64,000 bases of DNA. Origin: Nitrososphaerales archaeon. Its GTDB lineage: Archaea > Thermoproteota > Nitrososphaeria > Nitrososphaerales > Gagatemarchaeaceae. Position numbers and translations under genes: made by a program. Below, piece after piece: positions 1 through 10,400 of the stretch (positions are counted from its first letter, which is position 1; every line of letters starts with the position of its first letter). The stretch is from positions 5,051 to 69,050 of the forward strand of contig JBEKFK010000001.1 in NCBI GenBank assembly GCA_050013375.1, given 5' to 3'. A model generated the notes under the pieces. That model worked only from the letters and a program-made list of their open reading frames with translations. It searched no databases and was not told the origin of the DNA.

Positions 1-141
1 CCCGAAGTGGTTTTCAATCTCCATGGCCCGCGCCGCGGCCGCCTGCTGGACTACCATGTAGAACTTGTCCGTCGCGTACGGCCCCGCGACCAGAATCAGG
101 GTCGAGCCGAAAACCGCCAGCTTGACCTGGGGCGACAGCAC
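1..141 (-). CDS. unidentified protein, 5' part only (gene runs off left edge)
   Basis: Minus-strand frame is open from 255 to 1. G/C third-codon-position bias is strong from ~215 leftwards (..LAVFGSTLILVAGPYATDKFYMVVQQAAAARAMEIENHFG). First canonical in-frame start is GTG at 141; start uncertain. Confidence 0.4.
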   Translation of the reverse strand, partial: MLSPQVKLAVFGSTLILVAGPYATDKFYMVVQQAAAARAMEIENHFG

Positions 142-252
142 GATGGTCGAGTTGGCAGTCGTCTGGCCGAGGATCGAGTCGGTGGCGAGAAGGGCGGTGA
201 TGAAACTGTTCAGGAAAACTAAATAGTCCTCGCCAGGGATTACGATTCCATA

Positions 253-588
253 ATGTCAAAGGTCGTCGTCATCTACAAGCTGAAGCCGGGCGCGACGCTC
301 GCGCAGTACCGGAAGTTCTCAAGGGAGATCGACCAGGTCATCACGCCGAAGCAGAAGGTGGTCGAGAAGTTCGAGGTCTTCGAAGTGACAGACCACATCC
401 AGGGGAGCTCCGCGCCCGGGAAGAAGAACCATCCCTATCAGGTGATCGAGATCATCGACGTGAAGGACTTCGGGGAGTGGGTGAAGACTACGCAGAGTGA
501 AGGCTTCAAGAAAGTCATCGATGGCTGGGCGAAGGTGGGAGACGGAGACACGCTGGTCATGCTGGGCGGCAAGAAGATCGAGAAATAG
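253..588 (+). CDS. small hypothetical protein (alpha+beta, EthD/Dabb-like guess)
   Basis: 111-aa ORF with ATG start and strong GC3 bias. No diagnostic motif recognised. Confidence 0.65.
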   Translation: MSKVVVIYKLKPGATLAQYRKFSREIDQVITPKQKVVEKFEVFEVTDHIQGSSAPGKKNHPYQVIEIIDVKDFGEWVKTTQSEGFKKVIDGWAKVGDGDTLVMLGGKKIEK

Positions 589-617
589 CCCCCACCGCGC
601 CGGCGGCTGCCGGTCCT

Positions 618-1712
618 TCAGCGGTGCCTGATGTGCGGGATTATCTCGCTAGCGATCGCGCGGTAGTCTTCCCTGCCACCTAGGGGGACGTTCACGCAGA
701 TGTGGGTCGCGCCTGCCTTCACGAACCTCTCGAGCGAATGTATGCACTGGTCAGGCGTCCCGATGGCCATCATCTCGTCCAATCCCTTCTCGAGAGCCTC
801 GTCGGGGATGAGGAGCTTGCTCACCACCTTGTCTATCATCTTGGAATATCCCAGGGTCGGGGCGATGAGCTGATAGTTCAGCTCCTTGGGGACAGAGTCG
901 AGCGCTTCTTCCACACCGAGTATCTTGAAGAGGTACCTGTTCATGATCATCTGCCTCTTCAGGTACTTCTTGAGGTCCCTCATCAGGGACGATGACTTCT
1001 CCCCGATCACGATGGGCACGTACGCCATCCTGTCCAAGGAGTCGAAGCTCCTCCCCGCCCTCCCTGCGGCATCCCGGATGATCCCCAGCTTCTCCCGATA
1101 GCTCCCGACGGTGTAGTAGAACGCGGGATACCAGCCGTCCGCGAGCTCTCCGGCGATCGCGAGCATCTTCGAGGAGGAGTATGCCCCCACGTAGATGGGA
1201 GGAGAGGGCTTCTGGACGGGCGGCAGGTCGAGGTGCGCCTGGTCAAGCCTGTAGTAGTCTCCCTCGAAACTCACGGGCTTGCTGTACGACGAGGACCAGA
1301 GGAGCCTTATCACCCTTATCGCTTCCTCCACCCGTTTTATCCGCACTTCGCTCGATTCCCACGGAATCCCGTAGGGCTTGGTGTTCATCACCTCGCCGGC
1401 TCCGATTCCGAGGACCGCGCGCCCGTCCGTGATGTTGTCCAGCGTCGCGACGATGTTTGCGGTCTTGGCGGGGTGTATCCTCTGGGTGTCGGTGACGCCC
1501 GATGCGACCCTGATGCTCTTGGTGTGCGACCCGACGTAGCTCAGAGCCGTCCAAGCGTCCAGCACCACGGTCGGTGGCGGTATGTCGGTCAGATGGTCAG
1601 GAATCCAAAGGCAGTCGTATCCCTGGCTCTCGGCCAGGATGCCATCCCTCAGGTTCTCATGAACATCGGTGCTAGTAAGCTCCCGCGAAAAGAGAACTCG
1701 CCGAGCCACCAA
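618..1712 (-). CDS. LLM-class (luciferase-like) F420-dependent oxidoreductase
   Basis: 364-aa ORF with a luciferase-like monooxygenase / methylene-H4MPT-reductase family pattern: GYDCLWIPDHL, LGIGAGE, IGTPDQCIHSLERFVKAGATHI. Confidence 0.85.
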   Translation of the reverse strand: MVARRVLFSRELTSTDVHENLRDGILAESQGYDCLWIPDHLTDIPPPTVVLDAWTALSYVGSHTKSIRVASGVTDTQRIHPAKTANIVATLDNITDGRAVLGIGAGEVMNTKPYGIPWESSEVRIKRVEEAIRVIRLLWSSSYSKPVSFEGDYYRLDQAHLDLPPVQKPSPPIYVGAYSSSKMLAIAGELADGWYPAFYYTVGSYREKLGIIRDAAGRAGRSFDSLDRMAYVPIVIGEKSSSLMRDLKKYLKRQMIMNRYLFKILGVEEALDSVPKELNYQLIAPTLGYSKMIDKVVSKLLIPDEALEKGLDEMMAIGTPDQCIHSLERFVKAGATHICVNVPLGGREDYRAIASEIIPHIRHR

Positions 1713-1779
1713 GTTTCCCGCGCTCTGCGATGGGAGCCGATTCTTTAGTGTTCCGTCGCCTCTCCTTCGAAGCCGGAGG

Positions 1780-2313
1780 CTATCCCTGGGAGAACTTGAT
1801 GCTGCAGCCGAAGGGCCTCGTGTCGGGGTTCGTCACGGGGACTCCCCGGATCACTTCCTCGATGGCGTTCCTCAGGTCGGGGCTCCTGACTTTTGACGCG
1901 TCCCTCGAGTCGTCTATCCGGCCTCTGTAACGAAGGATCCTCTTCGCGTCGAACAGGAAGACGTGCGGAGTGCAGACCGCCCCGTAGGCATCCACGGCGG
2001 TCTGGTCGGCGTCCCGAAGATAGACGAAATTGAACCTCTTCTCCTTGGCCCGCTTGACCATCTCAGGGTAGCTGTCCTGGGGGTAGGCACTGTCGTCGTT
2101 AGAGTTGATGGCCACAAGCTGGGCCCCTCTTGATGCATAATCTCGCTGCATCTCTATCATGCGATTCTCGTAGGCCTTGGAATATGGACAGTGATTGCAG
2201 GTGAAGACGATTACAAGGACCGGTCTCTCGTCGAACGAATCCAGCGAGTACCGTCTCCCGTCGGTCGATAGAAGGTTCTCGAACTTGGGGGCGGAGGCAC
2301 CCAGGGAAAGCAA
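1780..2313 (-). CDS. thioredoxin-fold thiol:disulfide oxidoreductase (redoxin/TlpA-like)
   Basis: 177-aa ORF with a CxxC active site in FTCNHCPYS and a redoxin-like layout. Confidence 0.8.
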   Translation of the reverse strand: MLSLGASAPKFENLLSTDGRRYSLDSFDERPVLVIVFTCNHCPYSKAYENRMIEMQRDYASRGAQLVAINSNDDSAYPQDSYPEMVKRAKEKRFNFVYLRDADQTAVDAYGAVCTPHVFLFDAKRILRYRGRIDDSRDASKVRSPDLRNAIEEVIRGVPVTNPDTRPFGCSIKFSQG

Positions 2314-2444
2314 GCGTGATCGGAGCTCGGTCCGGAGATTTTAACGGTTACCCCTAGGCAACCTGGCAGATGCCCTCGCCTGCGGCGCAATGAACTCCGT
2401 GGCCTCTTGCAACCTTAACTAAGCCTGAAGGGCCATCTCGTGCC

Positions 2445-2624
2445 ATGCCGCGAATCGAAGTCTACGAAGGCGCACAGAAGATTGCCGACATCGGTCTTCC
2501 CGAGAAGAAGTTCAGCACCGGATCGGTCGGCTACTGGGCGACACAGAAGTTGGACATCAACGGTAAGAGATACCAGTGTCAAATCCAGATGGTTGAGATC
2601 GGGTCCAAGCAGAAGAAGGAGTAA
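2445..2624 (+). CDS. small hypothetical protein (59 aa), below ORF-track cutoff
   Basis: ATG at 2445, TAA at 2622-2624: MPRIEVYEGAQKIADIGLPEKKFSTGSVGYWATQKLDINGKRYQCQIQMVEIGSKQKKE. Composition is protein-like, unlike the R/S-rich overlapping track ORF 2440..2712. Confidence 0.5.
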   Translation: MPRIEVYEGAQKIADIGLPEKKFSTGSVGYWATQKLDINGKRYQCQIQMVEIGSKQKKE

Positions 2625-2721
2625 CCACATCCAGCCGAACCGATTCAGCGGGCAGTCAACCGCTCTGCGGTTGCTCCATGAGCCCCTTGCTCTTTTAACT
2701 CAAGAGATGTAGAGGAGGCGG

Positions 2722-3978
2722 ATGGCCTCGGGCAGGCAGACGAACGTCCCGATCGTCGGGGCTCTGGTGGCGATGAATGTCTTCATGTCCATCGTCCAGA
2801 CCAACATCGCCTCCCTCAACCTCCCGATATCGCTCGAGTTCCACCAGAACCTCTACGGGCTGGGGCTCCTCGTCTCTGGCTTCTTCGTCGCCTACGGCAT
2901 CTTCGAGCTTCCCGGCGGGCTCTTCGCGTTCCGGGTCGGAGCGAAGAAGCTCCTTGTCCTCGGCGGCCTCATCGCCTCGGCCGCAGCCACGGCCAGCGCC
3001 GCGTCCCCGAGCTTCGGCGTCCTCATCGCGCTGAGGTTCCTCGACGGGATGGGACTGGGGTTCGCCTTCCCCCCGATCGTGGTGCTCCTCATCAGGAACC
3101 TCAAGGCAGGTTCGACCGGACTGGGAGCCGCGCTGGTCTCGACCTCGTTCTCCCTGGGCGGAGGGATCGGCGTCTTTGGCTGGGCCGTCCTGAGCCTCGT
3201 CATCGGGTGGAGGGAGAGCCTCCTGGTCGGCGGGGCGCTCTGCCTGGTCTCCACCCTGGTCCTGGTCTGGATGCTGCCCGCCGACGGGCCCATGGTCGAG
3301 CCGACCCGGATGGTTGCGGCGCTCAAGAGCGTCATCCTGAACAGGCAGGTCCTCGTGATAGCCGTCGCCTTCCTCGGTGCTGGGGGCGCCACCGCCATCG
3401 TCACCAACTTCGTCGTCTACTACCTCGAGCAGCACCTGGGCATGGCAGCGGAGAGCGCAGGGCTGATCGGCGGGCTGACCTACTTCCTCCCGCTCTTCAC
3501 AAGCCCCTTCTTCGGGCGGCTCTACGACAGGGGGCACAGCGAGAAGCGGATAATGCTCTCGGGCGTCGCGCTCCTGGCCGCTGGGATAGGAGCGACGGCG
3601 CTGGACACCGTCGCCTCGGCTGTAGTCTCGGTGCTCGCGGTGGGCCTAGCCACGGGAATCTTCTTCACGGTGGGGTTCTCGGCGGCCCGGGACAGGTCGC
3701 CTTCCCAGGAGATGGAGAGCTTCACCGTCGGTTTCGTCGACTCCTTCTCCCTTGTGGGATCCTTCGTGTCCCCCCTCTACTTCTCGGTGGTGGTCCTCGA
3801 CTACGGGTACCCGCCGGCGTGGCTCGCCGGAGGCGTCATCGCCGTGGCTCTGGCGATACCGCTCGTCTTCCTGAGAGGAAGGGAGAGGAACCAGCCGATT
3901 CCCCTTCATGGCAGCGTCCCGAGCACCCGGGCTGCCCGGCGAAACGACCATGAACAATATAGGGCGCCTGAGAGGTAA
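2722..3978 (+). CDS. MFS transporter
   Basis: 418-aa ORF with about 12 hydrophobic helices and MFS-like loop motifs (FLDGMGLGFAFP). Confidence 0.8.
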   Translation: MASGRQTNVPIVGALVAMNVFMSIVQTNIASLNLPISLEFHQNLYGLGLLVSGFFVAYGIFELPGGLFAFRVGAKKLLVLGGLIASAAATASAASPSFGVLIALRFLDGMGLGFAFPPIVVLLIRNLKAGSTGLGAALVSTSFSLGGGIGVFGWAVLSLVIGWRESLLVGGALCLVSTLVLVWMLPADGPMVEPTRMVAALKSVILNRQVLVIAVAFLGAGGATAIVTNFVVYYLEQHLGMAAESAGLIGGLTYFLPLFTSPFFGRLYDRGHSEKRIMLSGVALLAAGIGATALDTVASAVVSVLAVGLATGIFFTVGFSAARDRSPSQEMESFTVGFVDSFSLVGSFVSPLYFSVVVLDYGYPPAWLAGGVIAVALAIPLVFLRGRERNQPIPLHGSVPSTRAARRNDHEQYRAPER

Positions 3979-3989
3979 CCTTCGCTAGA

Positions 3990-4949
3990 ATGCCGTTCAA
4001 GATGGCGATCCTGCCTCCCGAATACCAGGAAGAGTGGCCGGAGAGGATCAGGGAGGCGATCCCGGGCGCTGAGGTCAGGCTGTTCAAGACAGCGGAGGAA
4101 GCAGAGTCGTTCATCGTAGAGGCCGACTGCGCCTACGGGTTCGTCCCGCCCGATCTCTTCTCGCGGGCCAAGAGGCTGCGCTGGATCCAGTGCAACGCGG
4201 CTAGCCCCCCTCCGTCATACTGGTACCAAGCCCTCATCGAGAGCGACGTCACAGTGACGAACTTCCGGGGCATCTACAACGACCACGTCGCGGCGCAGGC
4301 CATGGCCTTCGTCCTCGCTCTCGCCCGCAGCCTCCCCGATTACGCCCGCTGGCAGCAGAGGAAGGAGTGGGGGCCCGTCCTGCCCACGGCCTTCCTCCCG
4401 GAGGCCAAGGCGCTCATCATCGGCCTCGGAGGGATAGGAGCCGAGACGGCGCGCCTCTGCGCGGCCTTCGGAATGACGGTCACTGGAGTCGACCCGCGCG
4501 TGAAGAGCCCTCCGCCTTTCGTGGCTGCTGTGCATCCGCCCGAGGCCCTTGATGGCCTCTTGCCGCAGGCTGACTTCCTGATCCTGATCACCCCTGAGAC
4601 TCCCGAGACCGTGCGGATGATCGACGCGAGGAGGCTGAGGCTGATGAAGCCGGGCTCGTTCCTCGTGAACGTCGGCCGCGGGAAGTGCGTGGTCATGGAC
4701 GACCTGGTCGAGGCGCTGAGAACGAAGAGACTCGCGGGTGCCGCCCTTGACGTCTTCGAGCAGGAGCCGCTGCCCCCAGATAACCCCCTCTGGTCGATGT
4801 CCAACGTCCTGATAACCCCGCACATGGCGGCCAAGCCCGATTCTCACCACGTCCCAGAGCGCCGGACCCAGATCTTCGTCGAGAACTGCCAGAGGTTCGA
4901 GCGGGGCCAACCTCTCATGAATGTGGTCGACAAGTCACAGCGGTTCTGA
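3990..4949 (+). CDS. D-isomer-specific 2-hydroxyacid dehydrogenase family, NAD-binding
   Basis: GLGGIGAETARL (GxGxxG), NVGRGKCVVMDDL, LDVFEQEPLP, ITPHMAA. Confidence 0.85.
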   Translation: MPFKMAILPPEYQEEWPERIREAIPGAEVRLFKTAEEAESFIVEADCAYGFVPPDLFSRAKRLRWIQCNAASPPPSYWYQALIESDVTVTNFRGIYNDHVAAQAMAFVLALARSLPDYARWQQRKEWGPVLPTAFLPEAKALIIGLGGIGAETARLCAAFGMTVTGVDPRVKSPPPFVAAVHPPEALDGLLPQADFLILITPETPETVRMIDARRLRLMKPGSFLVNVGRGKCVVMDDLVEALRTKRLAGAALDVFEQEPLPPDNPLWSMSNVLITPHMAAKPDSHHVPERRTQIFVENCQRFERGQPLMNVVDKSQRF

Positions 4950-5077
4950 CGCGACCGTGATCGTCCGGACTGTCATGGCCGATGTCGGTTCAGGCCCTTC
5001 CAATCGTGCCATCCGAGAATCTATCAGGCAGACCTCCGGATGGGAGGCCCTTGAAACCAGCAGGCAGGAGACAGGAG

Positions 5078-5812
5078 ATGTTCCGTTTCCCCAAACCTCT
5101 CGAGGAGGGCATCGTCATCTCCAGGCCCAACCGCTTCATCATGATCGTGAGGACGAGCGGCGAGACGGTCAAGTGCCACTGCCCCACGACCGGACGTCTG
5201 GGAGACGCGAAGATCTCCTCACTACCGTGCCTGTTCTCCAGGTCGCCGGCGGGGACGGGCAAGACCCAGGGGACGGTCCAGGCGATATCCTTCGGCCCGG
5301 CCTCAGCGAGGCAGAGGTCATGGATCGGGATAAACCAGAACGCGGCGAACAGGTACATCGAGTTCTTCCTCGAGAGGGGGATGCTGAGCAGGATGGCATC
5401 CGGCGAGGTCCGGAGAGAGGTGAGTCTGGGGAAATCTCGCATCGACTTCCTTGTGGGAGACACCTACGTCGAGGTCAAGACACCCCTCATCATGCTCCCC
5501 ACGGGCTCGGTCGAGAAGGCCGCCCATTCGCGCTTCAACTCATTCGACAGGCTGATCAAACACATGGCCGAGCTTTCCGCATCGCTCGAGGACGGCAAGA
5601 AGGCCGTGATAGCGATGTGCTGCCTCTACGACGCACCGCCCTTCAAGCCTCCTCCGAGGGACCGCTACAACGGCAGGATCCTTGACGCGTCGCGATCAGC
5701 CACAGAGAAGGGGGTCCGCAGGTGGCAGGTCAACCTCGCCGTGAGCAAGGGCGGGGTAAGGTTGATCGGCTACCACCAGAACGACCTCGGGTCGCCCGAC
5801 GTCCCAGGCTAG
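5078..5812 (+). CDS. sfsA: sugar fermentation stimulation protein SfsA-like nuclease
   Basis: RPNRFIMIV..GETVKCHCPTTGRLGD and SRIDFLVGDTYVEVKT match the SfsA pattern. Internal ATG at 5078 follows GGAG and gives the family-typical ~244 aa. The track ORF starts at 4982. Confidence 0.8.
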   Translation: MFRFPKPLEEGIVISRPNRFIMIVRTSGETVKCHCPTTGRLGDAKISSLPCLFSRSPAGTGKTQGTVQAISFGPASARQRSWIGINQNAANRYIEFFLERGMLSRMASGEVRREVSLGKSRIDFLVGDTYVEVKTPLIMLPTGSVEKAAHSRFNSFDRLIKHMAELSASLEDGKKAVIAMCCLYDAPPFKPPPRDRYNGRILDASRSATEKGVRRWQVNLAVSKGGVRLIGYHQNDLGSPDVPG

Positions 5813-5839
5813 CGACGCCGAGCCCCTAAGGACCGCGGC

Positions 5840-6253
5840 CTACTTCTTCCTGGTCAGGGCGATTACCGGGATCTTCCTCTTGGTCTTGCGCTCATACTCG
5901 CCGAACGTAGGGAACGCGGCGACCTGGCGCTTGTAGAGGGCGTCCCGTTCGGGTCCCGTGACCTCCACGGCGTGCAGGTCTAGGGTCTCGTCCCCGATCT
6001 CGGCCCTGACGTCGGGGCTGGCCTTGAGGTTGAGGAACCAGTGCGGATGGAAATCATGACCCGCCTTCGACCCGAAGACGATGTACCTGTCCCCGTCCTT
6101 GAGGTACATCACCGGGGTGACGTGGGCCTTCCCGCTCTTCTTCCCGACGGTGTGCAGCAGCAGCAGCGGCGCTCCTGCGAAGTAGCCGCCGACCTTCCCC
6201 TTGTTCTTGCGGAATTCCGCGATCGTATGTGCGTTAAAGTCACTGGCACTCAT
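5840..6253 (-). CDS. deazaflavin (F420)-dependent nitroreductase family protein (DDN/DUF385-like)
   Basis: FNAHTIAEFRKNKGKVGGYFAG..LLLLHTVGKKSGKAHVTPVMY..GSKAG...HPHWFLNL and a C-terminal R.IPVIALTR. Start taken at the internal ATG (MSASDFN). Confidence 0.8.
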   Translation of the reverse strand: MSASDFNAHTIAEFRKNKGKVGGYFAGAPLLLLHTVGKKSGKAHVTPVMYLKDGDRYIVFGSKAGHDFHPHWFLNLKASPDVRAEIGDETLDLHAVEVTGPERDALYKRQVAAFPTFGEYERKTKRKIPVIALTRKK

Positions 6254-6327
6254 GGAATCTCTGCCTCCGTGGAGGCCTAAAAAGGCTTCCACCAGCCAAC
6301 CGACTTCCAGTCATCTATTCCACGTTC

Positions 6328-7155
6328 TCAGACGGCGTCGGTCGGGTCCCAGTCAGTGTGAAGGTTCTCGCCGAGCGAGTCGAGCCTGGCCATGTCGGCC
6401 GCGGAGATCTCAAAGTCGAAGACCTCGGAGTTCTCCTTGATCCTCTCCGGCCGGGCCGACTTCGGAATCACCACGAGGCCGTGCTGCAGGCTCCACCGGA
6501 TCAGGACCTGAGCCGGGCTCTTGGAATAGCCCTTTGCGACCTCGAGGACGACGGGATGGCGAAGCTTGTACCCTCTGGTCAGGGGGCTGTAGGCCTCGAG
6601 CTGTATCCTCTTACCCTGACAGTAGCGGAGCAGTCCCTCTTGGTAGAGGAACGGGTTGAACTCGACCTGGTTCACGTCGGGGATCACCTTCGAGCCTGCC
6701 AGCAGCTGGTCGAGGTGCCTGACGGTGTAGTTGCTCACCCCTATGGCGCGGCAGGAGCCTCGCCGTTGCAGCTCCACGAGCGCCCTCCACGACTCGTCCC
6801 TGAGCTGCGACACGGGCCAGTGGATGAGGTAGAGGTCGACGTAGCCGAGCCCGAGCCTGCGCTGGCTCTTCTCGAATGCGAGCATGGCGGCCTCGTAGCC
6901 GTGGTCGCTGTTCCAGAGCTTGGTCGTGACGAAGACCTGCTCCCGGGGCACCCCGCTCTCCCTCACAGCGCGTCCGACGCTCTCCTCGTTCCCGTACAGG
7001 CTCGCGGTGTCGATGTGCCTGTACCCCGTCTTCAGGGCGAACTTCACGGCCTCCTCTGTCGCCCTCCCGGGAGATGTCTGGTAGACCCCGAGCCCGAGCA
7101 GGGGCATCTCCACGCCCGAGTTGAGCTTGCCAGTGGACGATATGGTCAGAGCCAA
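6328..7155 (-). CDS. aldo/keto reductase (2,5-diketo-D-gluconate reductase-like)
   Basis: KLNSGVEMPLLGLGVYQ, YRHIDTASLYGNE, TKLWN, LIHWP, IGVSNY, IPKSARPERIKEN. TTG at 7155 gives the typical ~276 aa. The track ORF extends to 7290. Confidence 0.9.
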   Translation of the reverse strand: MALTISSTGKLNSGVEMPLLGLGVYQTSPGRATEEAVKFALKTGYRHIDTASLYGNEESVGRAVRESGVPREQVFVTTKLWNSDHGYEAAMLAFEKSQRRLGLGYVDLYLIHWPVSQLRDESWRALVELQRRGSCRAIGVSNYTVRHLDQLLAGSKVIPDVNQVEFNPFLYQEGLLRYCQGKRIQLEAYSPLTRGYKLRHPVVLEVAKGYSKSPAQVLIRWSLQHGLVVIPKSARPERIKENSEVFDFEISAADMARLDSLGENLHTDWDPTDAV

Positions 7156-7350
7156 TTCGCTGGTATCAGGGACTGGACTGGCGCGCCCGACCTTAAACCA
7201 ATCGACGGCTCCTCGACCTTCGAGAGCGCAAGATGCCCGGGCAAGGGCGCGAAGCACCGGTGAGGCGGATTTGGCGCGATTCAGGAGCACGCGATAGCCT
7301 CAAACGACACTAAACGAATTATTCTTCCGTAGTAGTCTACTAAAACATCG

Positions 7351-7359
7351 TTAAATATT
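7351..7359 (+). promoter_or_regulatory. TATA-like box upstream of surface-protein gene
   Basis: TTAAATATT lies in an AT-rich intergenic stretch ~50 nt upstream of the ATG at 7410. Confidence 0.35.
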
Positions 7360-7409
7360 GAGACGCTGGCCGCGACCGATGTGGAAGGGGAGAGGCGAGT
7401 TAGATCGAC

Positions 7410-10400
7410 ATGCTTGCACGCCTTAAGCTTCCATCACTAATCACTCTTCTCGCCTGCCTGGTCCTGCTGTGCGCCGCTGCGCCCGCCCACGCCCAGACCA
7501 CGCAGGCAACTGCCTTCGTACACCCTCCTGCGATGGGCTTCGCACAGGGCACGGGAACCCAGCTGGCCTCGACGCCTCCGAACGCCGAGTACGATGAGCA
7601 GCTCGGGACGACCTTCACCCAGAACTTCGCCTCCCTGGCGTACAACGTGACGGCGCTCGCGCAGGGGGACATCTACGGATACGGGCCGGCCTACCTCCTC
7701 AACGGCCTCTCGAACAAGGGATACTGGTATCAGGTCGGCGTCTCCTACGACTGGCCGCTTGTGGGCAGCGGGTTCAGTCAGGGCTTCGATTTCAACTACG
7801 AGGCCTTCAACTCCAACGGTGTCTCGGTCTTCCCGGCTAGCGGCGGAGGCCTCGTCCCGTTCACCGGGACCGTCAACACCGGCGACACCATAGGTCTCAC
7901 CCTGTCCTTCAGCGGCGTGAACGTCGTGATGTCAGCAAGGGACTACAACACAAAGGCCACCGCGTCCATCTCTTACTCCGCCCAGGGAGCGACGACCTTC
8001 GACGGCACCCTTTCGTCCCCCTCGAACTCCAACGGCTTCTTCACCGGTCTCATGACCGAATGGTATCACGTGGCTCCATACTACAGCAGCGAAGGCAAGG
8101 TGACGTTCTCCAGCTCCAAGGTAACCCTAGCGTCGGCCTGGTTGTGGATCGACGAGTACGACCCAGCAAGCCCGAGCTGGAACGGGACGTTCTCGGCCGC
8201 CACCGCCTTCGCCCAAAGCTACTCCTCGGCCCCAAGCAATCTGGTGCCGTTCTCGTCCCATAACGCCGCAGAGGAAGGGGACGCGTCAGAGTTCGTGACC
8301 GGCACCGGCGGGTCCCTGACGACTTCGATAACGCTCCTGCAGGCGGCATCGGCGAACGCGCTCACGACCTCGAACGGTTTCGAGGTCTACTACACCAAGA
8401 ACGGCCAGGCGTCGACTGCCTTCGCCCAGAGCGGGACCCTGTCGATCACGACAGACGCGGGGTCCCCCGTCTCCATCTCATCCATCTCAGCAGGCTCGAC
8501 GCCGACAGAGAGGTGGGTCCTGGACACTCAGGGCGGGAACATCACTGTCGCCACGGGGTCGACGGCGACCTTCTACTACTACGACCTCCTCCTGCAGCCG
8601 GCGAGCTATGCGACATCCGACGGGTCGGCGCTCTCGAACCTGTTGCTGGACTACCATACAGCGCCCCCGACCGCTTCCTCCCTGTCTTCGCTGCCCTTGG
8701 TAGGTCTCTTCGTTCAGGCTTCTTCGCAGCCTGTCTGGGCGGCGAGGGGGTCGCAGGCCTCCATCGTGGGCCAGATATCCGGCAAGTCGGGAGAGCAGTG
8801 GTCCCTCCCGACCTCGCTGTGGACCATCTCCTCGGCGGACCAGATACCGTCACCGATTCTCTATTATCACCAGTTCTATGTCACGCCCGGCTACACCGTC
8901 ACAGGTGGGACCCCCTCGTCAGGGACGCCAATCGTCACATGCGCCCAGTACGGGACTCAGGTCAGCGTCCCCATAGGCTCCTCGAACTGGGCCGATTCCG
9001 GGCTGTCGTGCAGGTACTCGCCCACGCTGCCCGGCTCCACGCAGGGCGAGAGGTGGGCCGTCCCGTCCGCGGCGGCGGCCGTCAGCCAGCCCGGAGCCGT
9101 GTCACTGAACTACATCCTCCAGTACTCGCTCGGGATAGCCTACACCATAACGGGAGGCTCTCCGAACCCGCCGACGGTCACGGGCGTCTCGTTCGGGACG
9201 AGCTCTGCCCAGCCGCTGCAGTCGAGCCCGGCGACGGTGTGGCTCGACGCCGGGTCGCCGTACTCGGTCTCGAACCCGCTCTCCTCCTCCACCACCAGCG
9301 AGCGGTGGGAGACCACGGGGTCGACGAGCGGCACTCTGCAGGGGCAGGCCTCGGCCACCTTTGTCTTCTACCAGCAGTTCCTAATGACCGCCAGCTTCTC
9401 CGTGACAGGAGGAGCGTCGGGGGCGACGGCCCCCGGCCTGTCCTACACGAGCTTCGGGAGCCCGACGTCGATCCAGCTGACCGGCACCGGACAGACCTTC
9501 TGGGCCGACGGCGGTGTCTCCTACTCCGTCCCCCAGGCCCTGACAGGTTCCTCCTCGACCGAGCGGTGGATCACCGGGAACACCCAGGGCACAGTCCAGG
9601 CCCCGTCGTCGCTCTCCTTCGGATACACACACCAGTTCCTCCTCTCCGTGACCGGCGCTGTGGTCAGCACCCAGTGGTACAACAGCAGCTCGACCGCGCA
9701 GGTCTCGGTGCCCGGCATCTCCGCAAGGGCCTCGGGCTCAGGGGAGAGAGTGGCGTCATATTCGATTGACGGAGCGCTCACCACCGTGAAGCCGACGACC
9801 GGGACGGTCTCGATATCGATAACGATGAACGCCGCGCACCAGCTCTCGATCAACTCTGTGCAGCAGTACCAGGTGACGCTTGACGCTTCGGCCGCCGCCG
9901 CCCTCTCGTCGATAACCGCTCCGACGATTGCCGGGGATGGCCACTGGTACGACCAGGGGACCAGCGTGACGCTGGCACTCAAAGGCGTCTGGAACCGCAC
10001 CGCCGGAGCCGGCCTGAGACTCGTCTCCTACTCGATAAACGGTGTCCCGAAGGGCGTCTCGACCACAGGAACCGTTGACGCGCTCTCCGCGGTCCCGATC
10101 TCCTCACCCGAGACGGTCGCCGCGGCGGCGACGGTGCAGTACCGCCTCACCGCTGGCACCGGTTCGATAGAGACGGGCACAGCGGCCTCCATCCCCGGCG
10201 ACGCAGGGTGGTACGACAACGGCACCTCCGTGACGGTCACCTACTACTGCACCTGGAACAGCACCACGGGCTCCAGATACAACGCCGTGGGCTACGCCAT
10301 CAGCGGGATAGCCGGCACCACCCAGATCGCAAGGTCCGGCAGCGGCACCTTCCCGGTGCAAGTTACCATGGTCCGGCCGGAGACAGTTACCATAGACTCG

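Noticed and set aside
7-259. Track ORFs 7..222 (+) and 14..259 (-).
   Set aside because: Both are arginine-rich with junk-like composition. A third frame (minus, open 255 to 1) carries the G/C third-position signal instead.
2695-3537. Long antisense ORF (280 aa), and similar ones at 14503..15492, 22498..23445, 32564..33580, 46592..47434, 49914..50834, 57573..58835 and 63082..63975.
   Set aside because: All overlap well-supported genes on the other strand or frame. Their products are low-complexity and R/G/P/D/E-rich, as expected for spurious open frames in GC-rich DNA. None carries a motif.
4982-5077. N-terminal extensions of track ORFs: sfsA 4982, AKR to 7290, SelA-like from 32174, phosphohexomutase from 60404, HDAC to 30295, MBL to 45142, and GGCT from 34791.
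   Set aside because: The extensions are low-complexity, overlap neighbouring genes or promoters, and exceed the family-typical lengths. Internal starts give canonical N-termini.
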